A DNA stretch of 64,000 bases, taken from the human T2T-CHM13v2.0 reference genome, Homo sapiens. Location: the NCBI RefSeq assembly GCF_009914755.1, contig NC_060925.1. One strand, given 5' to 3'. Below the pieces are notes generated by a model that did no database searches, had not been told where the DNA came from, and saw only the letters and a program-made list of their open reading frames with translations. Position 1 is the first letter of the stretch; every line of letters begins with the position of its first letter. Shown one piece after another: positions 44,651-63,918 of the stretch. The translations under genes and the position numbers were made by a program.

Positions 44651-46099
44651 ATTATAACAGAAATAAGTTAACAGAAATTAGAGTAGGGATGCTGATGCAA
44701 AGGATTGCTTTTAATCCTTTGGAAATCAAAGAACTCACGTAATGCATATGAATACACATTGATTTATTTACTATACAAATTCGGAGTTTTATATAAAGTG
44801 CTGGATTTCCTTAAACAGCATGAGTTGAGGAAACTCTTTTAATTTGTTGTTTTGTGACTTGGATGTATGGCTCCCAACCCAGGCATGTGGTCTGGGTGAC
44901 TCATAGACAAACAGTCCATAGGTAATAATATAGACAATACTTCAGAGGGTTTGTTTCCTCCCTTGTTTCTGATTGAGGACTATTCTCTTGTTCACAGGCA
45001 CAGAATGTTATCTTACTCATGGAGTTCTTTTAGAGATCATTACTACCAAAAATATAGGGCCTCTTAATCAGATGAACACAAAGTAGTAAGAAGCAAAAAG
45101 AGTTCCGTATGATTTCAGTGAGATTTGTCTTGACTTAAACGAAAATTTGATTCAGTTTTATAATCAGAATGAAGACTCGTCATTTTTCTCCTTATAAAAT
45201 TCAAATTCATCATCTTCAGAATTTAATTTGGAAAGGTTTCCTTTTGCAAATTAAATTTATGTGTATTACATATCAGAGATTCTACTTAATGTGCTTTGTT
45301 AATCATCTTTAAAGTAATTTCTCCAGAGAAGGAATGCTTTTGAATTCAATAACTATTTATTGAGCGCCTACTGTGTATAAGTCACTGCAAGTCATTGGTG
45401 ATGTATTTGGTTCCTGACAGCATTATTTAATTTTGCTACACATTCCTACTATACCCAAGAAGTGGAAGAACTTCATTCAAACATTTGAATCTCTGATATT
45501 ATTTGTTCCTATAATGGATTTATTTCTGTAACTATTCTCTGGCTGGACCAATTTTTCCTTTCTCGTTACATTTTTCTGGTACTTTTTTTGTTTTTAACTT
45601 CTAGAGATTTACTCTGATTTTAGCAATCTTTTGTTCATTTACCTTCTGGAAATATCCTATTGAAGAACCAAAATATTACCACTACTCTATACTTGTAGAG
45701 GACTTTAATATAAAATTCTAATGTGGGTACAAAAGACTTTCTGATGTTTGATAAGCTCTTCTTGACTAACTTCTTATTTTAGTCTGGCAGTTAATGTTCC
45801 CTGAGACACAAGAAATTATAAAGAAAATACTGAGTATATATACATTTTTTAAGAAGAGGTTTCATAATTTTGTCATATTCAGCCTCATATTTACAGAATA
45901 TTAATTCTTAAACATGTTTGTATGTTGAATTAATAACATGTTTAAGAATGTGATCTTAGAAAATGTAATGTAATGTAATCTTAGAAAAGATGTGGTCCAT
46001 TAATAAAGGTTTTCCCATAAGGTTAATCTGTGGTGTGGTGTTTTTTGTTTTTGGGTGGGGTGGGGTACTGGTTTGAACAGAATAGTATGATGTTTGATG

Positions 46100-47617
46100 A
46101 CACCACTTCTGGGACCAAATGTGTTATCTTTTTTGTGACACTAGAAACCAAATTGCTAACATTAGCTGGGTGTCCAACAATTGAGTTCAATTCTGACACT
46201 GACTACCTGGAGGTAGTACAGATCCCACAGGTTAAGGGCTCCATTTCATAAGACCGCCCCTGCTTAAGATGCTAGCTGCAAATGGGATGCCCAGGCTACC
46301 CACATTTTGTAACTGTCCAACTGGTTCTCCTTGCTCACTGCCTAGACAGAGCCAATTTATTAAGACAGGAAAATTGCAATAGCGAAAGAGTTTAATTCAC
46401 ATAGAACCGTCTATACAGGAGACCTGAGTTTTATTATTACTCAAATCAGTCTCCCTGAAAATTCGGGGACTGGAGTTTATAAGGATAATTTGGTGGGTAG
46501 TAAGCCAGTAAATCGGGAGTGCTGATTGGTTGGGTTGGAGATAAAATCATAGAGAGTCAAAGCTGTCCTCTTGGTGCTGAATCAGTTCCTGAGTGGGGGC
46601 CATAAGACCAGATGAGCCAGTTTATTGATCTGGGTGGTGCCAGCTCAGAGGACAGGGTCTGCAAAGTATCTCAGGCACTGATCTTAGTTTTATAATAGCG
46701 ATGTTATCCCCAAGAGCAATTTGGGGAGGTTCAGAATCTTGCAGCCTCCAGCTGCATGACTTCTAAACCATAATTTCTAATCTTGTGACTAGTTAGTACT
46801 ACAAAGACAGTCTAGTCTCCAGGCAAGAAGGTAGTTTGTTTTGGGAAAGGGTTAATATAATCTTTGTTTCAAAGTTGCACTATAAACTACGTTCCTCCCA
46901 AAGTGGCACTATAAACTACGTTCCTCCCAAAGTTAGTTTGGTCTATGCCCTGGAATGAACAAGGACAATTTGGAGGTTAGAAGCAAGGTAGAGTTGGTTA
47001 GATCAGATCTTTTGTACTGTAATAATTTTCTCAGTTATAGTTTTTGCAAAGGTGTTTTCAGTTTCTGCCTGGCTGACTGCAGATTTGAGGATTCCCATGA
47101 TCCCCACCTCCAGGTTTGATAATTTGCTAGAACTACCCATAGTACTTAGGAAAGCACTGTACTTACCATTACAGATGTATTATAAAGGATGCAACTTAAA
47201 AACAGCCTAATGGAGAGATGCATAGTGCAAGATGTTAGGATGGAGATGGCACAGAGCCTGCACATTCATGTGTTCACCAACTTGGAAGCTCTCTGAACCT
47301 TGATGTTTAAGGGTTTTTATGGTGGTTTCACTACATAGGCACAGTTGATTAAATCCTATTCTATTAGTGATTGAACTCAGTCTTCAATCCTTCTCCCTTC
47401 TTCAGAGGTCTGGAGGTGGGGCTGAAAGTTCTAATCCTCTAATCACTTGATTTTTTTTGGTGACCAGCCACCATGAAGCATCTAGGACCCTTTGTCCCAC
47501 TGCCTCCCATTGAGCTATCTCATTAGTATATAAAAGACAGTACATTCCAAAGGTTTTTGGAGCTCTATGCCGGGTACTGGACACAAAGACCAAATATTAA
47601 TTTTTTATTATACCTCA
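46100..47617. mobile_element. MER21-like LTR split by LTR8
   Basis: 'ctacctggaggtagtacagatcccacaggttaagggctc' and 'ggaggtggggctgaaagttctaatcctctaatcac'. Confidence 0.7.
46308..47060 (-). mobile_element. LTR8-like (ERV1) solo LTR
   Basis: tgtaac...tttgcaaaggtgttttca termini; imperfect 4-bp TSD attt/gttt. Confidence 0.8.
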
Positions 47618-48026
47618 GTTGCATTATTGTATTGCTTCAAATTCTGTATAAGTAGTGAATATTACTGAATGTTTTTGGATTTAAGCATATGTGACATTAA
47701 AAATTTTTGTACATCATACATCATTTTCCATTTTTGTACATCCAACATTTTAATAAAACATTGGTTAAAATGAACAAAAATACATCAATTTAAAAATTTT
47801 AATTTCTGTTGTTTCATTGGAAATTTTTTACTGTATATTATTAGGCCTGGTTAGTCATGGATCTGACAGTTTGGCCACTAATCCAAAGCAAATAGTAAAT
47901 TCACTTGGGAAGAATATAATTTACTGGACTTGAGTATCTGTACTCTTTTCTTTAAAAGAGTGGGTTACCCTGGAAGTTTACTTCTTCCTTTTTGGTATTT
48001 ATATGCTTGAATATTTGTGCTGGTTC

Positions 48027-48358
<332 letters not shown>

Positions 48359-48407
48359 TTACTTCTTCCTTTTTGGTATTTATATGCTTGAATATTTGTG
48401 CTGGTTC

Positions 48408-48610
48408 TGGGGAGGGACCTTTTTGCCTTCAGGGGACATTCGGCAATGTTTAGTTTTCACAGCTGGAGGGTGAGGATTGATACTGTTATCTAACGGGTCT
48501 CTAGATGCCGGGAATGCTGCTAAAAATTCTATAATGCGCAGAGCAGCCCCCACAGCAAAAAAATTATCTAGCCCAAAATGCTAATGTTACTGAGTTTGAG
48601 GAATCCTGCT
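48408..48610. mobile_element. MER20 hAT MITE
   Basis: 'caggggacattcggcaatgt...gaatgctgctaaaaattctataatgcgcag...gagtttgaggaatcctg'. Confidence 0.72.
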
Positions 48611-48889
48611 GTAGGCCAATATGGGCATCACCAGTCTTTAGATGGTATTTCAAGCTTTGAAGCTATGGATATCCTCATCCACTGAACTGATTTTACCATT
48701 TTGATAGATACAGAGAACTATTTCTCATTCTTGTTCCCCAATGACTTATTGAGAGATTAAACTGCAGCCATCCAGATTACCTAAATATGGTTGTTAGCTA
48801 ATCTAGAGTGTGGTTTTGGGGGAAAAAACAAAAACAAAAACAAACTATTACTATAAAGTAAACCGATACTGTCTTTATAGTCCTAAACC

Positions 48890-50470
<1,581 letters not shown>

Positions 50471-50476
50471 ATTTCT

Positions 50477-50934
<458 letters not shown>

Positions 50935-51472
50935 ATAAAAAATAAAATTTCATTAAAAAAAGTATTGAAGATGAAAAGAGTTCTGGAGAATGGTTGCACA
51001 ACAATGTGAATGTACTTAACACTATTGAACTGTACATTTAAATATAGTTAAAATGGTGAATTTTATGTTACATGTACCTTACTACAATTTTAAAAAGATA
51101 CTTGTATCCAGTTCCTGATAGTTTCTTATGCAGTCTACTAGTTTTTTTCTCTAGGACTTTTGTTCTGTTTTCTTCAGTGTTTTTTCTTAGTCAAGAGAGT
51201 TTATAATCTCTCAGGTGATTTTTCATCCTTTTCCAGCTGTTCCTTAATTTTAAAGTATACAAGTTAGCCCTCATCTTAAAAATTGGACAATACTGGATTG
51301 ATGTGAAGTTATAATGTTTGGATTTTAGTTTATAAATGTTAATTGAAGTATTTATCAATTTAGGGAGCTATGAGTGGTCATTGAATATTGAAAAAGAACT
51401 GTTTAGCTTCAGATACATTCAGTATAAAGCTTACTCATGATTTCATATATTGTTTTTCTTTCTTTCTAATAG

Positions 51473-51524
51473 GCTTTCAAGGATATGCTGTATTCAGCTC
51501 AGGACCAGGCACCTTCTGTGGAAG
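51473..51524 (+). CDS. XPR1: XPR1 coding exon 2 (52 nt; AFKDMLYSAQDQAPSVE + first base of next codon)
   Basis: Polypyrimidine tract tgtttttctttctttctaatag precedes GCT, and the exon ends at donor AAG|gtaaga. The reading frame continues exon 1 and gives the known XPR1 residues 24-40. Confidence 0.96.
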
Positions 51525-51931
51525 GTAAGATGAATTAACCCTTAAGTTTAGTCACAGAAAACCTCTTTTTAAGGAAAGATATTTTGTACTGCAGAGTATA
51601 AAACTAATATGATAACCTGTCCTATTATATAGGTCTTTTTTTCCCTTTTAATAATATATATTATGATTATTTTATATTTTATTCTAAATTTTTCTCTTGT
51701 CTAGCTCACCTTTACCCTATGACGGATCTTTTACTATGTCTTTGTGTCACCTTAGGACTGTGAATCGTATATATTGGTTTAGTCAGAAGTTTTTCTGTGT
51801 AATGCTTCCTTGCCTTCCCTCCCCTCCCCTCCTTCCTCCGTCCATAAATTACACAACATAGCTTTTCCTTTCTATTTATGTCATGCCTTTAGAGTGGGAC
51901 CAGTAAAACAATGGAGAATGTTTACAATGGA

Positions 51932-51967
51932 TGTGTGTGTGTGTGCGTGTGTGTGTGTGTGTGTGTA
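51932..51967. repeat. (TG)n microsatellite, interrupted
   Basis: tgtgtg...gcgtgtgt. Confidence 0.95.
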
Positions 51968-52074
51968 AGCATGTTTATGTATACATGTGTACATGTTCTC
52001 GTGTCAGTAAATAGGAGCTAATTCAACAACTATTCTTGAGGGAGAATGTTCCTTCTCAGGCTGGATATTCTTTT

Positions 52075-55715
<3,641 letters not shown>

Positions 55716-57162
55716 GCTGGATATTGTTTTAACACTCCACATCAGGTTTTTAAAATGAGAGTTGAGTGCAAAAAAATATATATCGAGAATATTCTAAGTT
55801 GGATGTACAGAATAATACCTTTATAAGACACCAAATTCTATGAAGTTATTCTAGTGACAAGCTATTAGAGACTTGTTCTTATGACAAAAGTTAATGAAGT
55901 TATTTAATAAAACTGTAGATTTATAGTAGAAAGTCTCATTTCATCAATTATATAAAAATATCCATCTTTCATCTCAAACCATTCTGAATTAAAAATGTAT
56001 TTCCTCTGAACGTGTAAAAATCTCTTGCCTTATATTAAGTCAGGAATTGGCATTTAGTTTCATGTCACTGAATTTTAGACTATAATATATTTAATTCTCT
56101 AATATTTAACTCAAGACACTTAAGGTTTAACAGTAAGTTTAGTTTTCTGTTGGGTTATCTTTTATTTTATATGCCGTAAAGAATACCTCCTTTAACTATT
56201 TTTAAAATATAAGAAAAATGAAATTCCATAGAAGCTGAACTGATTCCTTACCCTGAGTAAGTTGCTTTAATATTGGTTCTCTTATTTTACTATTCTGTTT
56301 GTAACAAAGATACTCTGAGATATATTGAAAATGATGATGATATTTATTCATCCCCTTTATGCTGGAGCATGTTTCTTGTATTTTTTAAATTTTCTTTCAG
56401 CTATTATTAGAGAAAAACTGAATTTTGTGAAAGTACGCTCAAAATGACAAATATTTATAGTTAAGAGCCTTTTCTTTCATTATCCAGAGACATTAACTTC
56501 TTTGGGCCATGTTATAGGGGAAGTATTGTAGGAACATGTACTACTTTCACAAGAAAAACATCTGCACACATTCTTTCTTTATACTTTCATGTAAACATAC
56601 TATAAAACTAGTTTTATAGTGAATTAGTAGCTTCTTAGTAGGACATTTCAGGGTGGTACCTTTACTTCATTGATAAAATAGGCTTTTTCTCAAAAGTAAG
56701 TCAACAAAACAATTTCAGTGTATTGAGAAATTATGTTTACTTTAATTTGCTCTCTGTTACTCAAACAAATAAACACATTCAAATTCCTAGTTGTTTTGTT
56801 TCGTCCTTTGAGAGTGAATTTCATGAATCAGTTATACATTGCAAACAAATCTCTATTTAAAATAAATGTTTTATGATTATAACTAGGAAGTGCTAATATT
56901 CTGAAATAATATAGATAAGGATTTACTCTCAGGTATTCCTTATCAATATATATGTAAATATATATTTTAGATATATTTCTGATATATTTCATTATCTACT
57001 CTTCTATGTAATCACTGGTATTTCTGATATAATTCTGATATATTTCATTACCTACTCTTCTATGTAATCACTGGTATTTTTGTGTAACCATTTACATTGG
57101 AAATATGTGACTGAGATGTTGACTTAGAATTCTGTGTTACAGATTATACAGTATGTTATTAA

Positions 57163-57501
57163 TTTTTTTTTTTTTTTTTTTGAGACAGTGTCTTGCTCTC
57201 TCTCCCAGGCTGGAGTGCAGTGGCGTGATCTCGGCTCGCTGCAACTTCCGCCTCCTGGGGGTTCAAGTGATTCTCCTGCCTCAGCCTCCTGTGTGGCTGG
57301 GATTACAGGTGCCTGCCACCATGCCCGACTAATTTTTGTATTTTTAGTAGAGATGGGGTTTTGCCATGTTAACCTGCCTGGCCAACATGGCCAGTTTTGC
57401 CATGTTGGCCAGGCTGGTCTCGAACTCCTGACCTCAAGTGATCCACCCACCTTGGCCTCCCAAAGTGCTAGGATTACAGGTGTGAGCCACTGCGCCCAGC
57501 C
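57163..57501 (-). mobile_element. Alu (AluS-type) with internal inverted duplication
   Basis: Reverse dimer with an extra 36 nt around 57371-57406; TSD tatt(a/g)attttt. Confidence 0.92.
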
Positions 57502-58754
57502 TATTGATTTTTTAAATAATGCATATTTAAATTTTTACTATTTTGTTATCCTTTTCTGCAGAAAGACTTGTAAATATAGAATACATGGCAGTAGATTAGG
57601 GGATTAAAGTGACTAGAATTGTGGGGTTTTTATAATTCCTGATGTCAGTGAGTATACTACCTCTTGATATTTGTAACAAATTATATTAAACTGCAAACTG
57701 GAGGTTTCCCATCAGTGCATCAGTCAGTCATACCTTAATAATCAGGATTGTTCTGAGGCAAGATAATTTTTTACCTTTATAGGTTAAGTATAACAATTCT
57801 TACATATAGTACCCGTTTGACATTGTGTCAAGTTTTCAGTGATACAGAACTGTGGAAAATATAAAGTGAAATATCTTTTACCTTTTCTCATGCTCCCCAC
57901 TCCCAGTTTGCTGTCTCAGTAATTTTATGGAATTAATCTACGTGGGTAAATGCTCACATCCTTACATCTTTATTTTTTTTTAAACTGCCTGTCTTCCCTC
58001 TTTCCCAGGATACTTTTGAAATTAGATATATATAAATTACATGCTGTATTTGATTAATCTATTTTAGTTTTTACTCTGAATTAATTGCAAGGAAAGCTTC
58101 AAACTTCATTTTGTCGTATTCTTTTTAAAATGTATTTTTTGTTTAAAAGCATAAGTGTTTTCTACTCTTTATTTGTGATGGAAAAATATGAGAATCCAAT
58201 AGTCAACCAAGGTAACGGAACTAAGAAATTGACATTTCTAATGGAAAGGGACATTAAAAGATAATTTTGCTTAACCTTTGTTTTAGATTTGTGCATTCTG
58301 AGACCACTTTAAGGTTGCATGACTCAGTAATGACAGTTGGGATTATTAATGCTCTATTTGACAACAAAAGAGAATTCTGGAGATTAATATAAAAAGACTT
58401 TTTAAAAAATGACTTTGCATTTTTCTCTAAATGATATATTTGAATATAATTTTAATTGGACATTTCCTTGTGTCTCTATTTTTAAAAGATTTAAGAATTT
58501 TTTAAAACATTACTTTGAAAAATACTAGACTATTTAACTTGTTAGAAAAAAGCAAATTGTCTCTTTCAATAAATTTCTCTCCTAATTTTTTTATTACTCC
58601 ATATAGTTCCCAGAAGTATTGGGGAAGGTTTATAGAATAAGATAGCACATATTAGATAACAGTAGATACAGAGCTTAGAATAAGGGGAAAATGAAGACAG
58701 AATAGTGAGAGTAAAACTAGAGTAAATTTAATACATAGAATAGATACCATGAGG

Positions 58755-58986
58755 ATTCTGGAACAGAAAAAGAACATCAGGCATAAACTAGAGAAATCTG
58801 GGTAATGTATGGACTTTAGTTAATAATAATGTATCATTATTGATTCATTGATTGCGACAAATGTACCATATTTATGTAAGACGTTAATGATAGGGGCAGC
58901 TGGGTTTAGAGGATATTGGAACTCTCTGTACTATCTTTGCACCTTTTCTGTAAATCTAAAACTATTCTAAGGTTAAAAGTTTATTT
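58755..58986 (+). mobile_element. L1MC-like 3' fragment
   Basis: 'ggactttagttaataataatgtatca...gacaaatgtacca...gaactctctgtactatctttgc...ctgtaaatctaaaactattcta'. Confidence 0.65.
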
Positions 58987-59282
58987 GCCCATTTGTGATG
59001 GCTGACACCTGTAATCCCAGAACTTTGGGAGACCAAGGCTGGCATATTACTTGAGGTCAGGAGTTTGAGACCAGCCTGGACAACATGGTGAAATCACGTC
59101 TCTACTAAAAATACAAAAATTAGCTGGGTGTGGTGGCGCATGCCTGTAAACCTGGCTACTCTGGAGGCTAAGCAATGAGAATTGCTTGAACCCAGGAGAT
59201 GAAGGTTGCAGTGAGCTGAGATTGTGCCACTGCTCTCTGGCCTGGGTGAAACAGCAAGACTCTGTCTAAAAAAAAAAAAAAA
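58987..59282 (+). mobile_element. Alu (diverged AluJ/S)
   Basis: Full dimer; TSD aaagt(t/g)tattt. Confidence 0.9.
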
Positions 59283-62200
59283 GTGTATTTAAATAAAATA
59301 GATACCGTAAGGTTTTGTACCATTGACAGAATGTAAATTCAGCTCTGAATTTTCAGAGGATAGAAGAAGACATTATTTCAAAATTGATATAAGGTGAATT
59401 TACACCAGTTCCTCAGAAAAAGTAGCTTTTACTGAACATGAAATTTGAGAGGAAATTCTTCCTTGGACTCTCATGGAGAGTCTTTTGTTTCTGTGTTGAA
59501 CAGTATCTCCAACAATAGTTTTACAAAGAACATGACGGTGAGTTTTAATAGGCTGCTTCTTATAATCCAAGGATGTAATGTAAAAATGTATTACTATGAA
59601 CTACAATTCCTAAATAATCTGGTCTTAAATCATAAATGTCCATGATCTCACCTTCTACATTTCCCCCATTTTTTCCTAGGCTCCTTTCTTTACCTAAATC
59701 AGGCCAAGCTTCCTCTTGCAGTCTAATATAGCCACTTAGTCACTTTATATTGCTTCACTGTAGTTTATTTCTTTGCATAGCATTTGTTACTTACTGATAT
59801 CTTGTTTTAAAAATTGATTAATTCTCTTTCTGGGATGTAAGTCTCTTGTGACTAGTGATTATGACTTTTTAAAATTTTTATATCTAGTATCCGAAATAGG
59901 CATGTAGTTTACATATTTACTTGACACATCATTGAGTAGGAATAAAAGTGAATCCTTTTCCTCAATTCCTTGAAGCCAATGTACTGTTTATAAAAAAAGG
60001 AGTAAATTAACCTAGGTTGCTTCTCTATGTGTGTGTGTGTTTTAAAAATTTTTCAAATTCTCTTGATCTATTATGTTTAGATGCAGAATTTTACCTGCTG
60101 GTTAGATGGCCAAACATATTATTAGTAGTTGTTGTTTTACAGTACTGGCATTTTGGTTTCATAAGGTATAGTCTGAGATGACACATACGGTATTTTTTAA
60201 AATTAGTAGAGGAGCAGATGATACAAGATTATAATTTTAAAGGTTTTTTGTTTTTGTGGCATCATGTTTTATTGCTGAGAAACTATATTTTATGAAGTAT
60301 TGAGAGACTATGTATTTTGTCAAAACACCAATTAAACCGTTTCTTTTTGTGTTTTTATGTTTAGTATGCCTCCTTTCAAAGATACATGAAATTGGCATAG
60401 ATTTGAAAGACCATATGTGAGTTGTTAGAGGATTTTTTGATATATATCTACTCAGTGGAATGTATTTTTTAGACTATTTAAATTAAAATAGACCTATTGC
60501 TTGATAGTTTTCCTTGTATATTTTGCTTATCTTTTTATCTTACAATACATTCCTTTTGATGGAGAGTGTACATAGCTAATGTTAGCTTAATTCATCTCTG
60601 ACTCAGCTTAATACAGCTATCTGACTTTCTGAAATTGGATGAATAAATAGAGATAAGGACATAAGTAACTGGCCACCACACTAGTCTCTGTTTTTCTGCC
60701 ATTTCTTCTTTAGTCTCCCTGTTCCCTCTCCAGTCTTGTGAACAGGTTTTGTTAGAAATTTTGGCTTAGGTTCTCTCTGCTTATTCTGCTTGGTTAGCAG
60801 ATGTGTTACAGTCTCCCTAAGCTCCTTAGAATTCAGTTCTTAGTGACATTGAAGATGAAAGTGCGCTTGTAAATTATTCATTCTTATTATACGCTTCAAT
60901 GGACAGGGTCTACTTCAAGCATCTTCTTCCATGTCACCCCTGTCCCTAGATCTTTGTTGTTTTAACAGATGTGAGCTTGCTTTTTAATTCTGGAGAATGG
61001 AAGACTGAATTGCATTTCTAAAATTCATGAAGTAGTTTTTGCATTTATAGGATTACTGTCAAATATGTGCATTTATATAACATTACTTTTTCATGTTATT
61101 TTAAATCTTGTCCCCTCTCCCCAGTTTCCACTTTGTTATCCTGCATATTTGTCTCTAAAAAAATTATTTACATGACTTTTCTGACCTAGCTATAAAACAG
61201 TTTGATGTTTATAATAGGCAGAGCTATATTTAATTTGCTACATTTTCAGCTGGGCAAAGGCAGGAGAGTAGCTTTTCTAAGTTCCATTTTTCTGTTAGCA
61301 TTGTTTTGTCAGTAAGGTACCCTAGTCATTTATTGTCTCTGCTTGAAGTGGGATAATGTTGCATGAGAAGACTATACAAGGGACTAGTAGTGAGGTTAAC
61401 CCCAAGAATGAAGTGGTAGATCTATCTGTAGGCACTGAGCCTTGTTGTGAGAGCCATAAAGAAATACAGATGGCTAAGAGTGGAGGTTGAGACAATAGCA
61501 AGCCAACAAAATAGTTGCCATCTCTTTAAGAATGATATATTTTATTCTTCATTAACTCCCTTTAGGAAGGATGAAAAGTTCTGATTGATACTCAAAGTCA
61601 TGTAATGGAGTTATTTCTGAAGGGTGTGCCTTATTATTTGTTTCATGTTTACATTGGAAAGTGATTTGCATATTCATTTGTATTATGAAAATGACAGCTT
61701 GTAGATAACAAGAACTATTAACTTCAAAAATGGACTCGTATATTCTATAAAGATGTCACTAACTTCAGTCTAGTTCACTAAGAGGCAAGGTGTACTTCTG
61801 AAGAACAAATAGCATTGCTATTTGATTTGAAGAAATATCTACTTCTTTTTCACAGAAAGAGAATTAGATCTAATTTAATGCTCATTGTTATGACGTTAGA
61901 TAATGATATAAATAGTAAAATTATGTTATGATAACAAATATAATTTTTAGTAGCATACAGGTAGGAAGCTGGAAGCAATGAAGAAATGTTATAAACACGG
62001 GTTTATAATCCTTTCTTTGTGACACTGTTTAATGCATCTTTAGTGTTTAAAATATTTCATCACCTGTAAAAGTCACTAATATATGAAGTCACTGTTTTAG
62101 TTATCACACAGTGTCATTTCCTTTTTATTGTCAAGTTTGAGAGAAGGTAATGAAATAGGGAAGAGATAATGATAAAACATTAAATCATGGAACAAAAAAG

Positions 62201-62621
62201 TTCTGGGAATTACAAATGTAGACTCTACGTTGTAGAGGAAAAGATACCAGCAGATGAATCTGATGATTTCAGATAGAATTTCCTGAAGTAGACATTAGAA
62301 AGCTGGAGCAATTGTTAAAGTTTAAAGTTGGCAGAGTTCAAAGTAAGGGAAGTTCCTTTTTGAGTTGTTTTCATTTTCTTTAGGCAAGACCACCTAAGGT
62401 GTTCAGTAAAGAAACAACGAGAAAGCTAGAAAGAAGCATATGAAGTTGTGATCAGAGAGTAGTGGTTTTCCAGTATTAGGTATCATTGAATAAAGGAAAA
62501 ATTCCTGCCACTGAAATGGAAGAGATACTCTAAAAATCATTTGGAGTAGCATTGACTTCAGTTATCTGAGGCAGTATGAAGAAAAAAAGGTAGTCAATAA
62601 TTGGAAAAGTAGATAACCTCT

Positions 62622-63052
62622 TGCATTAGTTTCCTTCGGTTGCTGTAAAAACCACAGACCTGGTGGCTTAAAATGACAGACATTTATTCTCTCACAGTTT
62701 TGGAGGCCAGAAGTCTGAAATCAAGGTGTCTGCAGGGCTACCTTCCTTCTGGAATTCTGAGAGAGTATCTGTTTTTTGCCTCTTACAGCTTCTGGTGGTT
62801 GCTGGCTTTCTTGGCTTGTGGCCACTCCAATCCGTGCCTCTTTACCTTGTCCTTTGTCTGTCCTCTGGGTATCTAAGGACATTTGTCATTGGATTTAAGG
62901 TCTGCCTGGACAATCCAGGATGATGTCATCTCAAGATCTATAATTACATTACAAAGACTCTTTTTTCCAATAAGATCACATCACAGATTCTAGGGATTTG
63001 ATATAGATATCTTTTTTTGGTGGAGGGGAAGGAACACTTTTGTGCCTACCAT
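62622..63052. mobile_element. MLT1-family (ERVL-MaLR) LTR
   Basis: 'ggtggcttaaaa...catttattctctcacagttttggaggccagaagtctgaaatcaaggtgtc'. Confidence 0.8.
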
Positions 63053-63066
63053 ATTCTTAAAAAAAT

Positions 63067-63371
63067 TTTTGTTGTTGTTGTTGTTTTAGAGACAGGATCT
63101 TACTCTGTCATCTAGGCTGTAGTGCAGTGGCAAAATCATAGCCCACTGCAGCCTCAAACTCCGGAGCTCAGTAGACTGTCCCACCTCAGTCTCCCGAGTA
63201 GCTAGGACTACAGGCGCATGCCAGTGTGCCTGGATAATTAAAGAAATTTTTTTGTAGAGACAGGGTCTTGCTATGTTGCCTAGGCTGATCTTGAACTCCT
63301 GGGGTCAAGCGATCCTCTTGCCTGGCCTCCCAAAGTGCTGGGATTATAGGCATGAGCTGCCATTCTCAGCC
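63067..63371 (-). mobile_element. Alu (AluJ-like)
   Basis: Diverged reverse dimer with AluJ features. Confidence 0.9.
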
Positions 63372-63885
63372 TACTATATCCATGCTTTTACATTTAAAAA
63401 AATATTATAATGTTCTTCAAATTGTGAACTAGAGCTTGAAGTCCAAATGAGGCATTTGCTTCACGTGTTTCTACCTGCTGTATTGTGAAAGGAGCAGTCA
63501 AATGGTGTCAAAGAAATATTCAGGTATGATCCCGGAAAGTGAAAAACTGGCCAATAGATATTAGTCAGACTTGAGTGTATAAAATATAGTAAAGGACCAT
63601 TTATCTGCCTCTAGTGATAGTTACCTGCAAAATATTCCAAGTTATACCTCAAATTTATCTTTATTTCTGATATCCTTCCTGGGGGAAACAAGGACCACAA
63701 ATCTCTTTTTAGTACACTGGATCAATGTATTCCCCTTCCCCAATTTTTTTTTTGATTGTGGAACTTTTTAAAGACATAAAAAAGTGGTGAGGATGTATAA
63801 AGAACCCCATTTTTCAACAATCGAGCTTTAACCATTATCAGTGAAGGGGCTAATCTTGTGTCACCCCGACTCCTGATTGTTGTGT

Positions 63886-63886
<1 letters not shown>

Positions 63887-63918
<32 letters not shown>
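63887..63918. repeat. (CA)n microsatellite within an old L1 fragment
   Basis: About 15 CA units followed by L1-like 'ttccatatcttggctattgtgaatagtgctgcaat'. Confidence 0.9.

Noticed and set aside
59300-62600. Repeat-poor stretch in intron 2 as a possible hidden exon, ncRNA or enhancer
   Set aside because: No convincing ORF, splice-site pair or RNA gene motif seen. Conservation and chromatin data would be needed.
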